Shown piece by piece: positions 30,745 through 39,889 of a DNA stretch of 64,000 nt (positions within the stretch are counted from its first letter, which is position 1; every line of letters begins with the position of its first letter). The stretch is from an uncultured Chloroflexia bacterium (GTDB lineage: Bacteria; Chloroflexota; Limnocylindria; Limnocylindrales; CSP1-4): NCBI GenBank assembly GCA_963713975.1, contig OY970218.1:2880001-2944000 (forward strand). The letters are read 5' to 3'. A model generated the notes under the pieces. The model made no database searches, was not told where the DNA came from, and worked only from the letters and a program-made list of their open reading frames with translations. A program made the translations under genes and the position numbers.

Positions 30745-32493
30745 ATGGCCACGATCGTCTACCTCGACGCCGAGGACGAGATCACCACTGCTGCCACGCG
30801 GATCCGCCAGGCGGACGACGACAGGGTGGCGCTGGTGGTGCCGTTCGGGTCGCGCGTGGCGACCTCGCGGATCAACTTCCGGCTGCTCGCCCGCGAGGCG
30901 ACGGCCAACGGCCGCCGGCTCGACATCGTGGCGCCAGACGCGTCCGCCCGGGCCCTCGCCGCGTCGGCGGGGATCCCGGTCTTCGGCTCGGTCGGCGAGT
31001 ACGAGGCCGCGCTCGACCAGCCGGACGACGAGGGCAACATCGGGGTCCCGGTCGCCGTCGTCGGCGCCGGGGCGGCTGGATCCGTGGGTGCTGCCGCGGT
31101 GGCCGGCTTTGCCTCCACGTCGCGTCCGGATCCCGGCGCCGTCCCGGATCCCGGCGTGGCCGACGAGCGCGAGGCGGAGCTCGACGCCGTCGTCCACCGT
31201 GGTCGGGACGTGCCCGTGGTGAAGGCGCGGCGTCGCGCTCCCCGGGCCGGCCTTGTCGCCGGCCTGCTGATCCTTGCGGGGTCGCTGGTCGCCGCCGGCG
31301 CCGCGGCGTTCCTGTTCCTGCCCACGGCACAGATCAGCGTGACTCCCAGGATCGAACCGGTCGGACCCGTCGACCTCACCGTGCGCGCCGATCCCGCCGT
31401 GACGGCGGTCGACGAGGACGCCATGGTGATCCCCGCCCAGACGATCACGATCCCGGTCGAGGTGTCATCGGACTTCGCGGCGACCGGGAAGCGAACAGAG
31501 ACCACGGCGGCCACGGGCGGCGTCCGCTGGCGGAACTGCGATCCCTCCGCCTCCTACACCATCCCGGACGGCACCATCGTGAAGACCGCCGGTGGCATCG
31601 CGTTCACCGTCGACGAGTCCGTATTCCTGCCGGTTGCGGTCATCTCCGGAAGCGGCACGAACGTCAACCTCCGCTGCACCAACAGCGAAGTTGCCGTGAC
31701 GGCCGTCAAGCCCGGGCCCGCCGGCAACGTGGATGCGGGGACGATCCGGGTCGTCCCGGCGCGCTACAACCGGACGCTGATCACCGTGACCAATCCGTCG
31801 CCCACGACCGGAGGCGCGAAGGAGGAGTTCACGCGCGTCTCGACGAAGGACGTCGAGGACGCGCTGGCCACGCTCCAGGCGGACCTTGCAGCGCAGTTCG
31901 AGGTCGAGGTCGCGAACCCGGATCGGGTGCCTCCCGCCTCGACCGCCTTCCCGGAGACCGCGGTCCTCGGCGAGGCCACCCCCACCGTCGACCCGACGAC
32001 GCTGGTCAACCAGGAGGTGGACACGTTCGCTCTGGGCCTTGCCGCAGATGGCACCGTGCTCGCCGTCGACGAGGGACCTGTCGCGACGATCGCCGAAGCC
32101 GCGCTCGCGGATGCGGTGACGCCCGGGTACGAGCTCGTCGAGGGCTCGACGGTTGTGACCGTGGGGGAGGGGACCGTGACCGGCGATGTCGTCTCGTTCC
32201 CGGTGTCCGGGACCGCGAAGCAGGTCCGCCCGGTCGACGGCGCCACGCTGCTCCCGATGGTGCTCGGGCTGTCGGAGGCCGATGCACGTGCGCTGTTGGA
32301 GCCCTATGGCGACGTCGAGATCGTCCTGTGGCCGGACTGGAGCGGCTCGGTGCCCTCGTTCGAGCAGCGGGTGACCCTCGTGGTCGTCGACCCCCTTGCC
32401 GCGGGGTCGTCGGCGTCTCCGCGCCGGTCCGCGGCCGGGTCGCCATCCGCCGGCCAGGACGGGATTCCGAGCGAGCGGCTACCATCCGGCTGA
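30745..32493 (+). CDS. bitopic membrane protein with external baseplate J/gp47-like domain
   Basis: Cytoplasmic alpha/beta N-terminus, basic patch, TM ~31252-31320, then TIPDGTIV...AVKPGPAGNVDAGTI...VTNPSPTTGG. Confidence 0.75.
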   Translation: MATIVYLDAEDEITTAATRIRQADDDRVALVVPFGSRVATSRINFRLLAREATANGRRLDIVAPDASARALAASAGIPVFGSVGEYEAALDQPDDEGNIGVPVAVVGAGAAGSVGAAAVAGFASTSRPDPGAVPDPGVADEREAELDAVVHRGRDVPVVKARRRAPRAGLVAGLLILAGSLVAAGAAAFLFLPTAQISVTPRIEPVGPVDLTVRADPAVTAVDEDAMVIPAQTITIPVEVSSDFAATGKRTETTAATGGVRWRNCDPSASYTIPDGTIVKTAGGIAFTVDESVFLPVAVISGSGTNVNLRCTNSEVAVTAVKPGPAGNVDAGTIRVVPARYNRTLITVTNPSPTTGGAKEEFTRVSTKDVEDALATLQADLAAQFEVEVANPDRVPPASTAFPETAVLGEATPTVDPTTLVNQEVDTFALGLAADGTVLAVDEGPVATIAEAALADAVTPGYELVEGSTVVTVGEGTVTGDVVSFPVSGTAKQVRPVDGATLLPMVLGLSEADARALLEPYGDVEIVLWPDWSGSVPSFEQRVTLVVVDPLAAGSSASPRRSAAGSPSAGQDGIPSERLPSG

Positions 32494-32593
32494 TGCAGCA
32501 GCCCCTCACGACGGGCGCCCGCGGCCGGCTCGCACCGCGCGCCCGCCGGGCGCCCCGTGCCTCCTCCACCCGCTACGCGGGGACCTCCCCGTG

Positions 32594-33112
32594 GTGAGCC
32601 GCGTCCTCGGAATCGATCTCGGGTCCCGCAGGATCGGCCTCGCCGTGGCCGACTCGGGGGTTGGGATCGCGCGTCCGCTGGCAACCGTGAACCGCGGCAC
32701 GTCGCTGGACGCCGATGTCGAATCGATCGGGCGCGTCTGCCGGGAACAGGGCGTCGAGGAGCTGGTCGTGGGCCTCCCGGTCGTGGCCAATGGCACCGAG
32801 GGCGAGATGGCCGTCGCCGCCCGCGAATGGGCCGGCGAGGTCGGCGAACGGCTCGGACTGGCCGTGACGCTGCGTGACGAGCGCCTGTCGTCGTTCGAGG
32901 CGGAGCGCCGCCTGGGCCGCATGCCGCGGGGCCGATCCGGCGGACCCCCGTCGAGGACCCAGCGGAACGCGTTCCGGGCGCGAATCGATCGCGAGGCCGC
33001 GAGCGTCATCCTCCAGGACGAGCTGGACGCGAGGCGGACCAAGGCGATGGCCGCCGCGCCGGCTCCCTCGCTCGGCGCAACCGGGGATGGCGTCCCCATG
33101 GAGCCGACGTGA
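32594..33112 (+). CDS. ruvX: YqgF/RuvX family nuclease (pre-16S rRNA processing)
   Basis: VLGIDLGSRRIGLAVAD, LVVGLP, DERLSSFEA, IDREAASVILQ; GTG 32591 or 32594. Confidence 0.93.
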   Translation: MSRVLGIDLGSRRIGLAVADSGVGIARPLATVNRGTSLDADVESIGRVCREQGVEELVVGLPVVANGTEGEMAVAAREWAGEVGERLGLAVTLRDERLSSFEAERRLGRMPRGRSGGPPSRTQRNAFRARIDREAASVILQDELDARRTKAMAAAPAPSLGATGDGVPMEPT

Positions 33113-34494
33113 GCGTCAGGAGCGGGCAGGGACCGCGCGACACCACGACCGTGCCGGAGCCCGACGGCGGCGGCCGGCGGCCCAATGGCTACAAGCGGAC
33201 GGGCCGGTACGGCCGCGGACCCGGTGACCAGCGTCGCTACGACCGCTACGGGAACCGTGGCGGTGGCGTGCCTGGCTTCCTGCGCTTCGCATTGTTCCTG
33301 CTCGTACTCGCGGCCCTGGTGCTGGTCGCGCTGTTCACCATCGCCCGGCCGATCGCGCGGCTCGTGGTCGTTCCGATCGCCGAGTCCAACCCCGGCGCCC
33401 TCCGGTTCGAGTTCGTCGCCGATCTCGTGCGCGAGGACCTCGGCACGGCCCTGACCAGCCCTGCGGGGGCGGATGGAGCCGAGATCGTGGTCGTCGTGGC
33501 AGATGGCGACACGCCCGCGATCCTCGCGCCGAAGCTGGCGGAGGCGGGCGTGATCGACAGCGAGCGAGCCTTCCTGTTCGAGGCACGCATGAACGACCTC
33601 GCAACCCAGCTGACCGCCGGTCGCTTTGCGCTGGCCGGCAACCTGACGCCGGCGGAGGTCGTCGCAGGCCTGGTGGACAACCGGATCGTCGCGCAATCCG
33701 AGAGCGTTACGTTCCGTGAAGGGCTACGGATCGAGCAGATGGCGGCCAAGCTCGAGACGGTCCAGGGCACCGGGGTCGACGCCCAGGAGTTCTATGACCT
33801 GGCCATGAACCCCACGGACGCGCTTCTCGGAGACTATCCGTGGCTCCTGGACAAGGCCATCCGCGCGAAGGGCAGCTCGCTGGAGGGCTTCCTGTACCCG
33901 GCGACCTACACCCTGCGGGTTGACGGCGAGTCGCCCACGACCGCCGAGGCACTCATCCGGATGATGCTCGACGCGTTCCACGACCGGGTTGGCGAGGAGC
34001 GCCTCGCCGTCGCCAAGGAGCGTGGCCTCACCTTCCAGCAGATCCTGACGCTGGCATCGATCGTCGAGCGCGAGGCGGTACTGGACGAGGAGCGACCGCT
34101 GATCGCCGGCGTCTACGAGAACCGGCTCAACCCGAAGAAGTGGCCGACCGGACTCCTCCAGTCCGACCCCACGATCTTCTACGTCAACGACACGCTCCAG
34201 CTGGACAAGCTCAAGTTGTCCGACTGGACGAAGTACGTGTTCTGGGATTCGCTCAAGGAGAAGCTGCCGGCCTCCCTGCCGGACAGCCTCGCCGGGTACA
34301 ACACCTATACCAGCAGCGGGCTGCCGCCCGGCCCGATCAGCTCGCCGGCCCTTCCGTCGATCGACGCCGCGCTCAACCCCGATACCAAGACCGGTTACCT
34401 GTTCTTCATCGCCAAGGGCGATGGCACGGGTTCCTCCGCCTTCTCCAAGACGAAGGCGCAGCACGATAAGAACGTCGCGAAGTACGGCAAGTAG
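33109..34494 (+). CDS. mltG: endolytic transglycosylase MltG
   Basis: N-terminal TM, TFREGL, LEGFLYPATY, LASIVEREA, LQSDPT, YNTY..GLPPGPI, YLFF. Confidence 0.93.
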   Translation: MSVRSGQGPRDTTTVPEPDGGGRRPNGYKRTGRYGRGPGDQRRYDRYGNRGGGVPGFLRFALFLLVLAALVLVALFTIARPIARLVVVPIAESNPGALRFEFVADLVREDLGTALTSPAGADGAEIVVVVADGDTPAILAPKLAEAGVIDSERAFLFEARMNDLATQLTAGRFALAGNLTPAEVVAGLVDNRIVAQSESVTFREGLRIEQMAAKLETVQGTGVDAQEFYDLAMNPTDALLGDYPWLLDKAIRAKGSSLEGFLYPATYTLRVDGESPTTAEALIRMMLDAFHDRVGEERLAVAKERGLTFQQILTLASIVEREAVLDEERPLIAGVYENRLNPKKWPTGLLQSDPTIFYVNDTLQLDKLKLSDWTKYVFWDSLKEKLPASLPDSLAGYNTYTSSGLPPGPISSPALPSIDAALNPDTKTGYLFFIAKGDGTGSSAFSKTKAQHDKNVAKYGK

Positions 34495-34501
34495 CCCAGC
34501 G

Positions 34502-35713
34502 GTGATCCTCCCGGACCCGACCGACTTCGCATCGCCGCCCGGTGCAGCCACGCGGGCGCGCTGGCAGGAGGCCGAGCGCTCCCACCAGCCGCAGCGCCTG
34601 GAGCGGCTTCGCTCGCGCATGGCGGCCGAGGGGGTCGATGCCTACTTCGGCGTCAAGCCCGAGCACATGCGCTGGTTGACCGGGTTCACTCTCGCCGCCG
34701 GTGAGGAGAAGGTCGCCGGACACTCCGGCCAGATCCTCGTGGGCCCGGAGGACGTGGTGCTGGTCACCGACTCCCGCTACACGATCCAGGCGCGGCGCGA
34801 GGCCCCCCAGGTCATCGTCGATGAGATCGGGTACGACCTCGCGGCGGCCTGGCCGCGACTGTGCGAGCGGTCCGGCGTCAACCGGGTCGCCGTCGAGGCG
34901 ACCGCGGTGTCCCATGCGCTGTGGCAACGCCTCGAAGCTGCCGCCCCCGGGGTGGAGCTGGTGCCGGCCGACGGCTGGATCGAGGCGATGCGCGCGGTCA
35001 AGACGTCTGACGAGATCGAGCGGATCTCCGCGGCCTGCGCCGTAGCGGACCGGGCCCTGGCGGCGCTCCTGTCCGAGATACGGCCGGGTGTGACCGAGCA
35101 CGACCTCGCCCTCCGTCTCGAGTGGCTGATGCGGACGGGTGGCGCCGAGGCGCTCGCGTTCGACGTCGCCTGTCTCGCGGGACCCGAGGCCGCGCTCCCG
35201 CACGGGGCGCCCGGCGATCGCCCGGTGCTCGCCGGCGAGGTGCTCCTCTTCGACTTCGGGGCCCAGGTCGAGGGCTACCGCAGCGACATGACCCGGACCC
35301 TGTTCATCGGGGAGCCCGCGGAACGGGACCTCGCCGTCTACGATCTCGTCGCGCAGTCCCAACAGGCGGCGATCGATGCGCTCCAGAGCGGCCTCATGGC
35401 CGGCACGGTCCCGAACGGGCGGGGCATGGATGCGATCTCCCGGGGCGTGATCGACGCCGTGGGCACCTGGCAGGCCTACGGCCACGGACTGGGCCACGGC
35501 ATCGGGCTGGCCACTCACGAGGAGCCGCGCCTGTCCCGGAACGCCCTTGACACGCCGCTCCCCAGCCCGACGGTCTTCTCCGTTGAACCCGGCATCTACC
35601 TCGATGGCGAGACCGGCGTCCGGATCGAGGACCTGGTCCATCTCGATGTGGAGCGCGGCCTCGTCGAGCTGCTGACCCACTTCCCGCGCGACGTCATCGT
35701 CCTCGACACCTGA
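34502..35713 (+). CDS. Xaa-Pro aminopeptidase, M24 family
   Basis: TDSRYTIQA, FDFGA, SDMTRT, HGLGHGIG, HEEP, VEPGIY, GVRIED; conserved position before efp. Confidence 0.9.
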   Translation: MILPDPTDFASPPGAATRARWQEAERSHQPQRLERLRSRMAAEGVDAYFGVKPEHMRWLTGFTLAAGEEKVAGHSGQILVGPEDVVLVTDSRYTIQARREAPQVIVDEIGYDLAAAWPRLCERSGVNRVAVEATAVSHALWQRLEAAAPGVELVPADGWIEAMRAVKTSDEIERISAACAVADRALAALLSEIRPGVTEHDLALRLEWLMRTGGAEALAFDVACLAGPEAALPHGAPGDRPVLAGEVLLFDFGAQVEGYRSDMTRTLFIGEPAERDLAVYDLVAQSQQAAIDALQSGLMAGTVPNGRGMDAISRGVIDAVGTWQAYGHGLGHGIGLATHEEPRLSRNALDTPLPSPTVFSVEPGIYLDGETGVRIEDLVHLDVERGLVELLTHFPRDVIVLDT

Positions 35714-35932
35714 GGGCGACCTGAACGAGCAGATGGGCGACGGCACGACGATCGTCACGTTCGGAGACGGGACCAGGCAGGAGGCCGAGTGGAACAACCG
35801 GACCTCGGGACCGGGACCCCGGCCTGACGGCCTGACCGGCGCCTCTGGTAGCATCCCCGGGCACACCAAATCGTCCGCGCGCGGAGCCTGCACGCCTTCC
35901 GACCGCGCCACGCGCCACCGGAGCACCGCCAC

Positions 35933-36490
35933 ATGATCAGCACCGGCGAGCTGCGCAAGGGCGTCGTCATCGAGCTTGACGGCGACCTCTGGCAGATCCT
36001 CGACTACCACCACATCAAGATGGGCCGAGGTTCGGCACAGGTCCGGATCAAGCTGCGAAACGTCAAGAAGGGCAGCACCGTCGAGAAGTCGTTCCAGGCC
36101 GGCGAGCGCTGGCCGCGCGCCCAGATCGACAGCCGCCCGGTGCAGTTCCTGTACCGCGACGGGGACGACCTCCACTTCATGGAGAACGAGTCCTACGAGC
36201 AGTTCAGCCTGCGGGCCGACACGCTGGACGACGTCGTGGGCTTCCTCAAGGAGGGGATGACCCTCGACCGGACGAGCTACCAGGGCGACACGCTGGGCGT
36301 CGAGCTGCCGGTGACCGTGGACCTCCTGGTCGTCGAGGCGGAGCCCGGCTTCGCGGGTGACACTGCCCAGGGTGCCCGCAAGAACGCGACGCTCGAGACG
36401 GGGCTCGTCGTGGTGGTGCCGTTGTTCGTGAACGAGGGTGACACCCTCCGGATCGACACCCGCACCGGCGAGTACCAGACCCGCCTCTAG
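35933..36490 (+). CDS. efp: elongation factor P
   Basis: ELRKG, KMGRGSAQVR, QFLYRDG, PGFAGDTA, LETG..VPLFVNEGD..IDTRTGEY. Confidence 0.97.
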   Translation: MISTGELRKGVVIELDGDLWQILDYHHIKMGRGSAQVRIKLRNVKKGSTVEKSFQAGERWPRAQIDSRPVQFLYRDGDDLHFMENESYEQFSLRADTLDDVVGFLKEGMTLDRTSYQGDTLGVELPVTVDLLVVEAEPGFAGDTAQGARKNATLETGLVVVVPLFVNEGDTLRIDTRTGEYQTRL

Positions 36491-36564
36491 GGACCACGTC
36501 GAGCGTCACGCCCGGAGCCTGCGGCACGTCGCAGGGCCGTCCATCGCCGTCCGACGAGGACCGG

Positions 36565-38169
36565 ATGCATCTGGTCGCGATCGCCCGCATCGTCTCGACG
36601 CTGCTCTCGCTCGCACTGCTGGCGGCGACGGCACCAGTGGCAGTCGCCGATCACCACCCAGCCGTGGCCGCGCCATCCGACTTCAACGGGGACGGCTATG
36701 CGGACCTCGCGGTGGGCATCCCCGGCGAGGCGATCGGCCGCCGGCCAAGGACCTCGGGGCGGGTGGTGGTGCTCTTCGGTTCGCCGCGCGGTCTCACCAC
36801 GCGTGGCACCCAGTCCGTGAACCCGGGGGCGGCCGGGATGCCGGTCCCCCCGGGCGGTCCCGCCGAGGGATTCGGTGAGGAGCTGGCGTCGGCGGACTTC
36901 GACGCCGATGGCTACGCGGACCTGGCCGTGACCGGCACGCTGAGCGGTGGGGCATGGCCGGGCCGGCGGGGGATCTGGGTCCTCTACGGATCCGACGACG
37001 GGGTCTCGACCGGGCGGGCCGAGCTGCGGCTCGGGTCTGAGTCCTCCATCGATCCGGTCTCGCTCGGAGTCACGCTTGCAGCGGGGGACGTCGATGGTGA
37101 CGGCGACCCGGATCTCGTCGCGGGCGCGATCCCGTGGCCATACCCCGACGGCAACGGCAGGACCGTCTCGCTGGTGGTCCTACCGGGCGGCGAGGGCGGC
37201 CTCGGCACCGCCCGAGTCGCCTGGACGGAGCGCAACTACTACGGCGCCTTCATGGCCATGGCGATCGGCGATGTGGACGGCGACGGGGCCTCGGACATTG
37301 CGGTCGGTCTCGACGGAGACGATCTTGGCGGCACGGTCACCATCGTATACGGACGCGCGGATCCGGGGCCGGCCGCGCGGGTGGAGGCGTGGTCGCAGGA
37401 CACGCCCGGGGTTCGAGGCTCCGCGACCGGCGAACGCGAGGACGACGAGTGGGGCACTGCGCTCGCGATGGGCGACTTCGATGCGGACGGGCACGCGGAC
37501 CTCGCCGTGGGCGCACCCGCCGAGGACCTCGCTCACCGCGGCTGTGGCGACGACAGCTGGGGCGACGCAATGGCTGCGTACGGTGAGTGCGACCAGGGCA
37601 TCGTGCAGGTGTTGCGGGGCTCCGCTGCCGGGATCACGGTCGTCGGCAACCGGGTCTTCAGCCAGGCATCGGCCGGCGTCCCGGGCCGCGCGTCCGCCGG
37701 ACACCGGTTCGGATCCGTGCTCGCGGTGGGGGACCTCGACGGTGATGGCCGTGACGACCTGGCGATCGGCAGTCCCGACGAGACCGTCGCGGTACACAAC
37801 CAGCCCGCAGGGTCCTACGCCCACGGCGTGGTAACGGTCCTGTACGGCGGCGCCCACGGACTGCGCGTCCGCGATGCGCAGCGCCTGACGCAGGAGGTGC
37901 CTGGCGTCCCGGGTCCGGCAGCAACGGGCGACCGGTTCGGGGCGGCAATCGCCGCCCTCGACACGTCTGGGGATGGCCGCTCCGACCTGGTCGTCGGGAT
38001 CCCGGGCGACCGTGTCAAGGGCGCCTGGAGGGCCGGAATGGTCGTCGTCCTGCCCGGAACCCCGGCGGGCATCACGACGGCGGGCGCGGCCGCCTGGTCG
38101 CAGTCGTCGCCGGGCGTCCCAGGTGCCTCCGAGCGCCAGGACGGTTTCGGATCGGCCTTCGCCAGGTAG
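36565..38169 (+). CDS. secreted FG-GAP / integrin-alpha repeat protein
   Basis: Signal peptide; repeated DFNGDGYADLAVG / GDLDGDGRDDLAIG and SQ..PGVPG....GDRFG motifs. Confidence 0.88.
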   Translation: MHLVAIARIVSTLLSLALLAATAPVAVADHHPAVAAPSDFNGDGYADLAVGIPGEAIGRRPRTSGRVVVLFGSPRGLTTRGTQSVNPGAAGMPVPPGGPAEGFGEELASADFDADGYADLAVTGTLSGGAWPGRRGIWVLYGSDDGVSTGRAELRLGSESSIDPVSLGVTLAAGDVDGDGDPDLVAGAIPWPYPDGNGRTVSLVVLPGGEGGLGTARVAWTERNYYGAFMAMAIGDVDGDGASDIAVGLDGDDLGGTVTIVYGRADPGPAARVEAWSQDTPGVRGSATGEREDDEWGTALAMGDFDADGHADLAVGAPAEDLAHRGCGDDSWGDAMAAYGECDQGIVQVLRGSAAGITVVGNRVFSQASAGVPGRASAGHRFGSVLAVGDLDGDGRDDLAIGSPDETVAVHNQPAGSYAHGVVTVLYGGAHGLRVRDAQRLTQEVPGVPGPAATGDRFGAAIAALDTSGDGRSDLVVGIPGDRVKGAWRAGMVVVLPGTPAGITTAGAAAWSQSSPGVPGASERQDGFGSAFAR

Positions 38170-38210
38170 GACACGGCCGGACCCGGGTCGCGGCGGCGTG
38201 CCACCCATCG

Positions 38211-38216
38211 TACCGT
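38211..38216 (+). promoter_or_regulatory. -10 element TACCGT, probable leaderless promoter of xseA
   Basis: TACCGT 6 nt before ATG 38223. Confidence 0.5.
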
Positions 38217-38222
38217 TGGCGC

Positions 38223-39713
38223 ATGAGCCGCACCCCGGAACCTCCCGACTGGCTGCTTCCGTCGTGGGACAGCCTGCCCGACGATCCTGACGGGGTCGCG
38301 CCGCGGCGCCCGGCGGTGCCCGGTGGCACGTTCGGCCTGCGCGTCAGGTCGGTGTCGGAGGTCAGCCGGGCGATCAGGGACCGCGTCCGCTCGGACGAGG
38401 GGCTGCGCGACCTGTGGGTCGAGGGCGAGGTCGGCCGGGTCACCGTCTCGTCCGCGGGTCACGCCTACTTCACGCTCAAGGATGCCCGCGCCCAGCTCCA
38501 GTGCGTGTGGTTCCGCGACGATCGGGCTCGCTCTCCGTTCCAGCCGCAGACCGGGCTGCAGGTTGTGGCCCATGGGCGGATGGACCTGTTCGAGCCCCAG
38601 GGGGCCCTGCAGCTCTACGTGGAATCGCTCCAGCCGTCCGGCGTTGGCAACCTCGCCCTCCGCTTCGAGCAGACCAAGGCCCGCCTGGCCGAGGAAGGGC
38701 TGTTCGACGCTGCCCGCAAGCGCAAGCTGCCGGACCGGCCCCGGACCATCGCGGTCATCACCTCCCCGACGGGCGCCGTCTGGCGCGACGTGTGCAACGT
38801 GCTGGCCCGACGCTGGCCGTCCGCCCGGGTGTTGCTCGTGGCGTGCAAGGTCCAGGGAGACGGGTCCCCGGCCAGCATCGTGGCCGCCTTCCGACGCCTG
38901 GAGCGCTGGACGGCCGCCGAGCGGGAGGCCGGCCGCGGTGGCGATGCCCCCGAGGTCACCATCCTCGCCCGCGGCGGCGGGTCCATGGAGGATCTCTGGG
39001 CGTTCAATGACGAGGATGTCGTGCGGGCGGTGGTCGCGCACCCGGTCCCTGTCGTCACGGGTGTGGGCCACGAGGTGGACGTGACGCTGGTGGACTTCGC
39101 CGCGGACGTGCGGGCCCCTACGCCATCGGCGGCCGCGGAGCTCGTGGTGCCGGACCGCCTCGAGGTCATGGGGGCGGTGCGCCAGCTCGGCGGGAGGGCG
39201 GACCGCGCCACAGTGCGGGGCCTCGCGGTGGCGCGTCGCGACACGGACGCGGAGCGCCGGGCGCTGGCGCGTCTCGAGCCCGGCGCCCAGCTCGCCGCCT
39301 CCCGAGAGCGGTCGGGGCTCCTGCTCGACCGGGCGGCGCGGGCGGTGGTCGCTCGGCTGGACGGCGCCGCGCGGGCAGCCGAGGGTACGGCGGGACGGCT
39401 GGCCCCGGTCCTGCCACGAAGGCTCGCGGCGGACGGCGCCCGGCTCGAGGCCCTGGGCGCGCGCTACCCTCGGGCGGTCGATGCCCGCGTCCGTGGCGCG
39501 TCCGCCGGACTTGCCGCCGCCGCTGCATCCCTGGCCGTGCTGGGCCCCCAGGCGACCCTCTCGCGGGGCTACGCGATCGTGCGGCGGGCGGCCGACGGCG
39601 CGATCCTGCGGGATCCCGTCGCAGCGCCTGCCGGCACGAGCCTGCGGCTCACGCTCGCCGAGGGCACGCTGGCGGCGACGAGCGACGGGTCAGCCGGAGA
39701 CCTCGGCGCGTGA
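38223..39713 (+). CDS. xseA: exodeoxyribonuclease VII large subunit
   Basis: WVEGEV, GHAYFTLKD, VITSPTGA, ARGGGSMEDLWAFNDE, GVGHEVD, RAPTPSAAAE, LSRGYAIV. Confidence 0.95.
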   Translation: MSRTPEPPDWLLPSWDSLPDDPDGVAPRRPAVPGGTFGLRVRSVSEVSRAIRDRVRSDEGLRDLWVEGEVGRVTVSSAGHAYFTLKDARAQLQCVWFRDDRARSPFQPQTGLQVVAHGRMDLFEPQGALQLYVESLQPSGVGNLALRFEQTKARLAEEGLFDAARKRKLPDRPRTIAVITSPTGAVWRDVCNVLARRWPSARVLLVACKVQGDGSPASIVAAFRRLERWTAAEREAGRGGDAPEVTILARGGGSMEDLWAFNDEDVVRAVVAHPVPVVTGVGHEVDVTLVDFAADVRAPTPSAAAELVVPDRLEVMGAVRQLGGRADRATVRGLAVARRDTDAERRALARLEPGAQLAASRERSGLLLDRAARAVVARLDGAARAAEGTAGRLAPVLPRRLAADGARLEALGARYPRAVDARVRGASAGLAAAAASLAVLGPQATLSRGYAIVRRAADGAILRDPVAAPAGTSLRLTLAEGTLAATSDGSAGDLGA

Positions 39714-39889
39714 CCGACCTCATCATCTTCGTCGGGATCGTGGGTCTCGTGGTGTTCGTGGGGATCCTCGTGGGTATCATCGTGGCCGGCCGCATCGACC
39801 GGATCATGTCGCCGCCATCCCGGCCGCCGGAGCCCGGCGCGCCGTCGTCGGGGCCGCCCGACCCAGCCAGCACCCAGGAGCAGCCGTGA
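39710..39889 (+). CDS. 59-aa single-TM protein between xseA and xseB (not in ORF track)
   Basis: MTDLIIFVGIVGLVVFVGILVGIIVAGRIDRIMSPPSRPPEP...; GTGA overlaps at both ends; SD-like GGAGA; GC3-rich codons. Confidence 0.7.
   Translation: MTDLIIFVGIVGLVVFVGILVGIIVAGRIDRIMSPPSRPPEPGAPSSGPPDPASTQEQP

Noticed and set aside
30745-32493. Prophage, T6SS or contractile injection system suggested by the baseplate-J-like domain
   Set aside because: No sheath, tube, spike, capsid, terminase or integrase genes; the protein has a TM and sits among housekeeping genes.
35733-35936. 67-aa ORF overlapping the efp start
   Set aside because: First ~25 codons look coding-like (possible remnant) but the rest is low complexity and contains a likely efp -10 (TAGCAT); support too weak.
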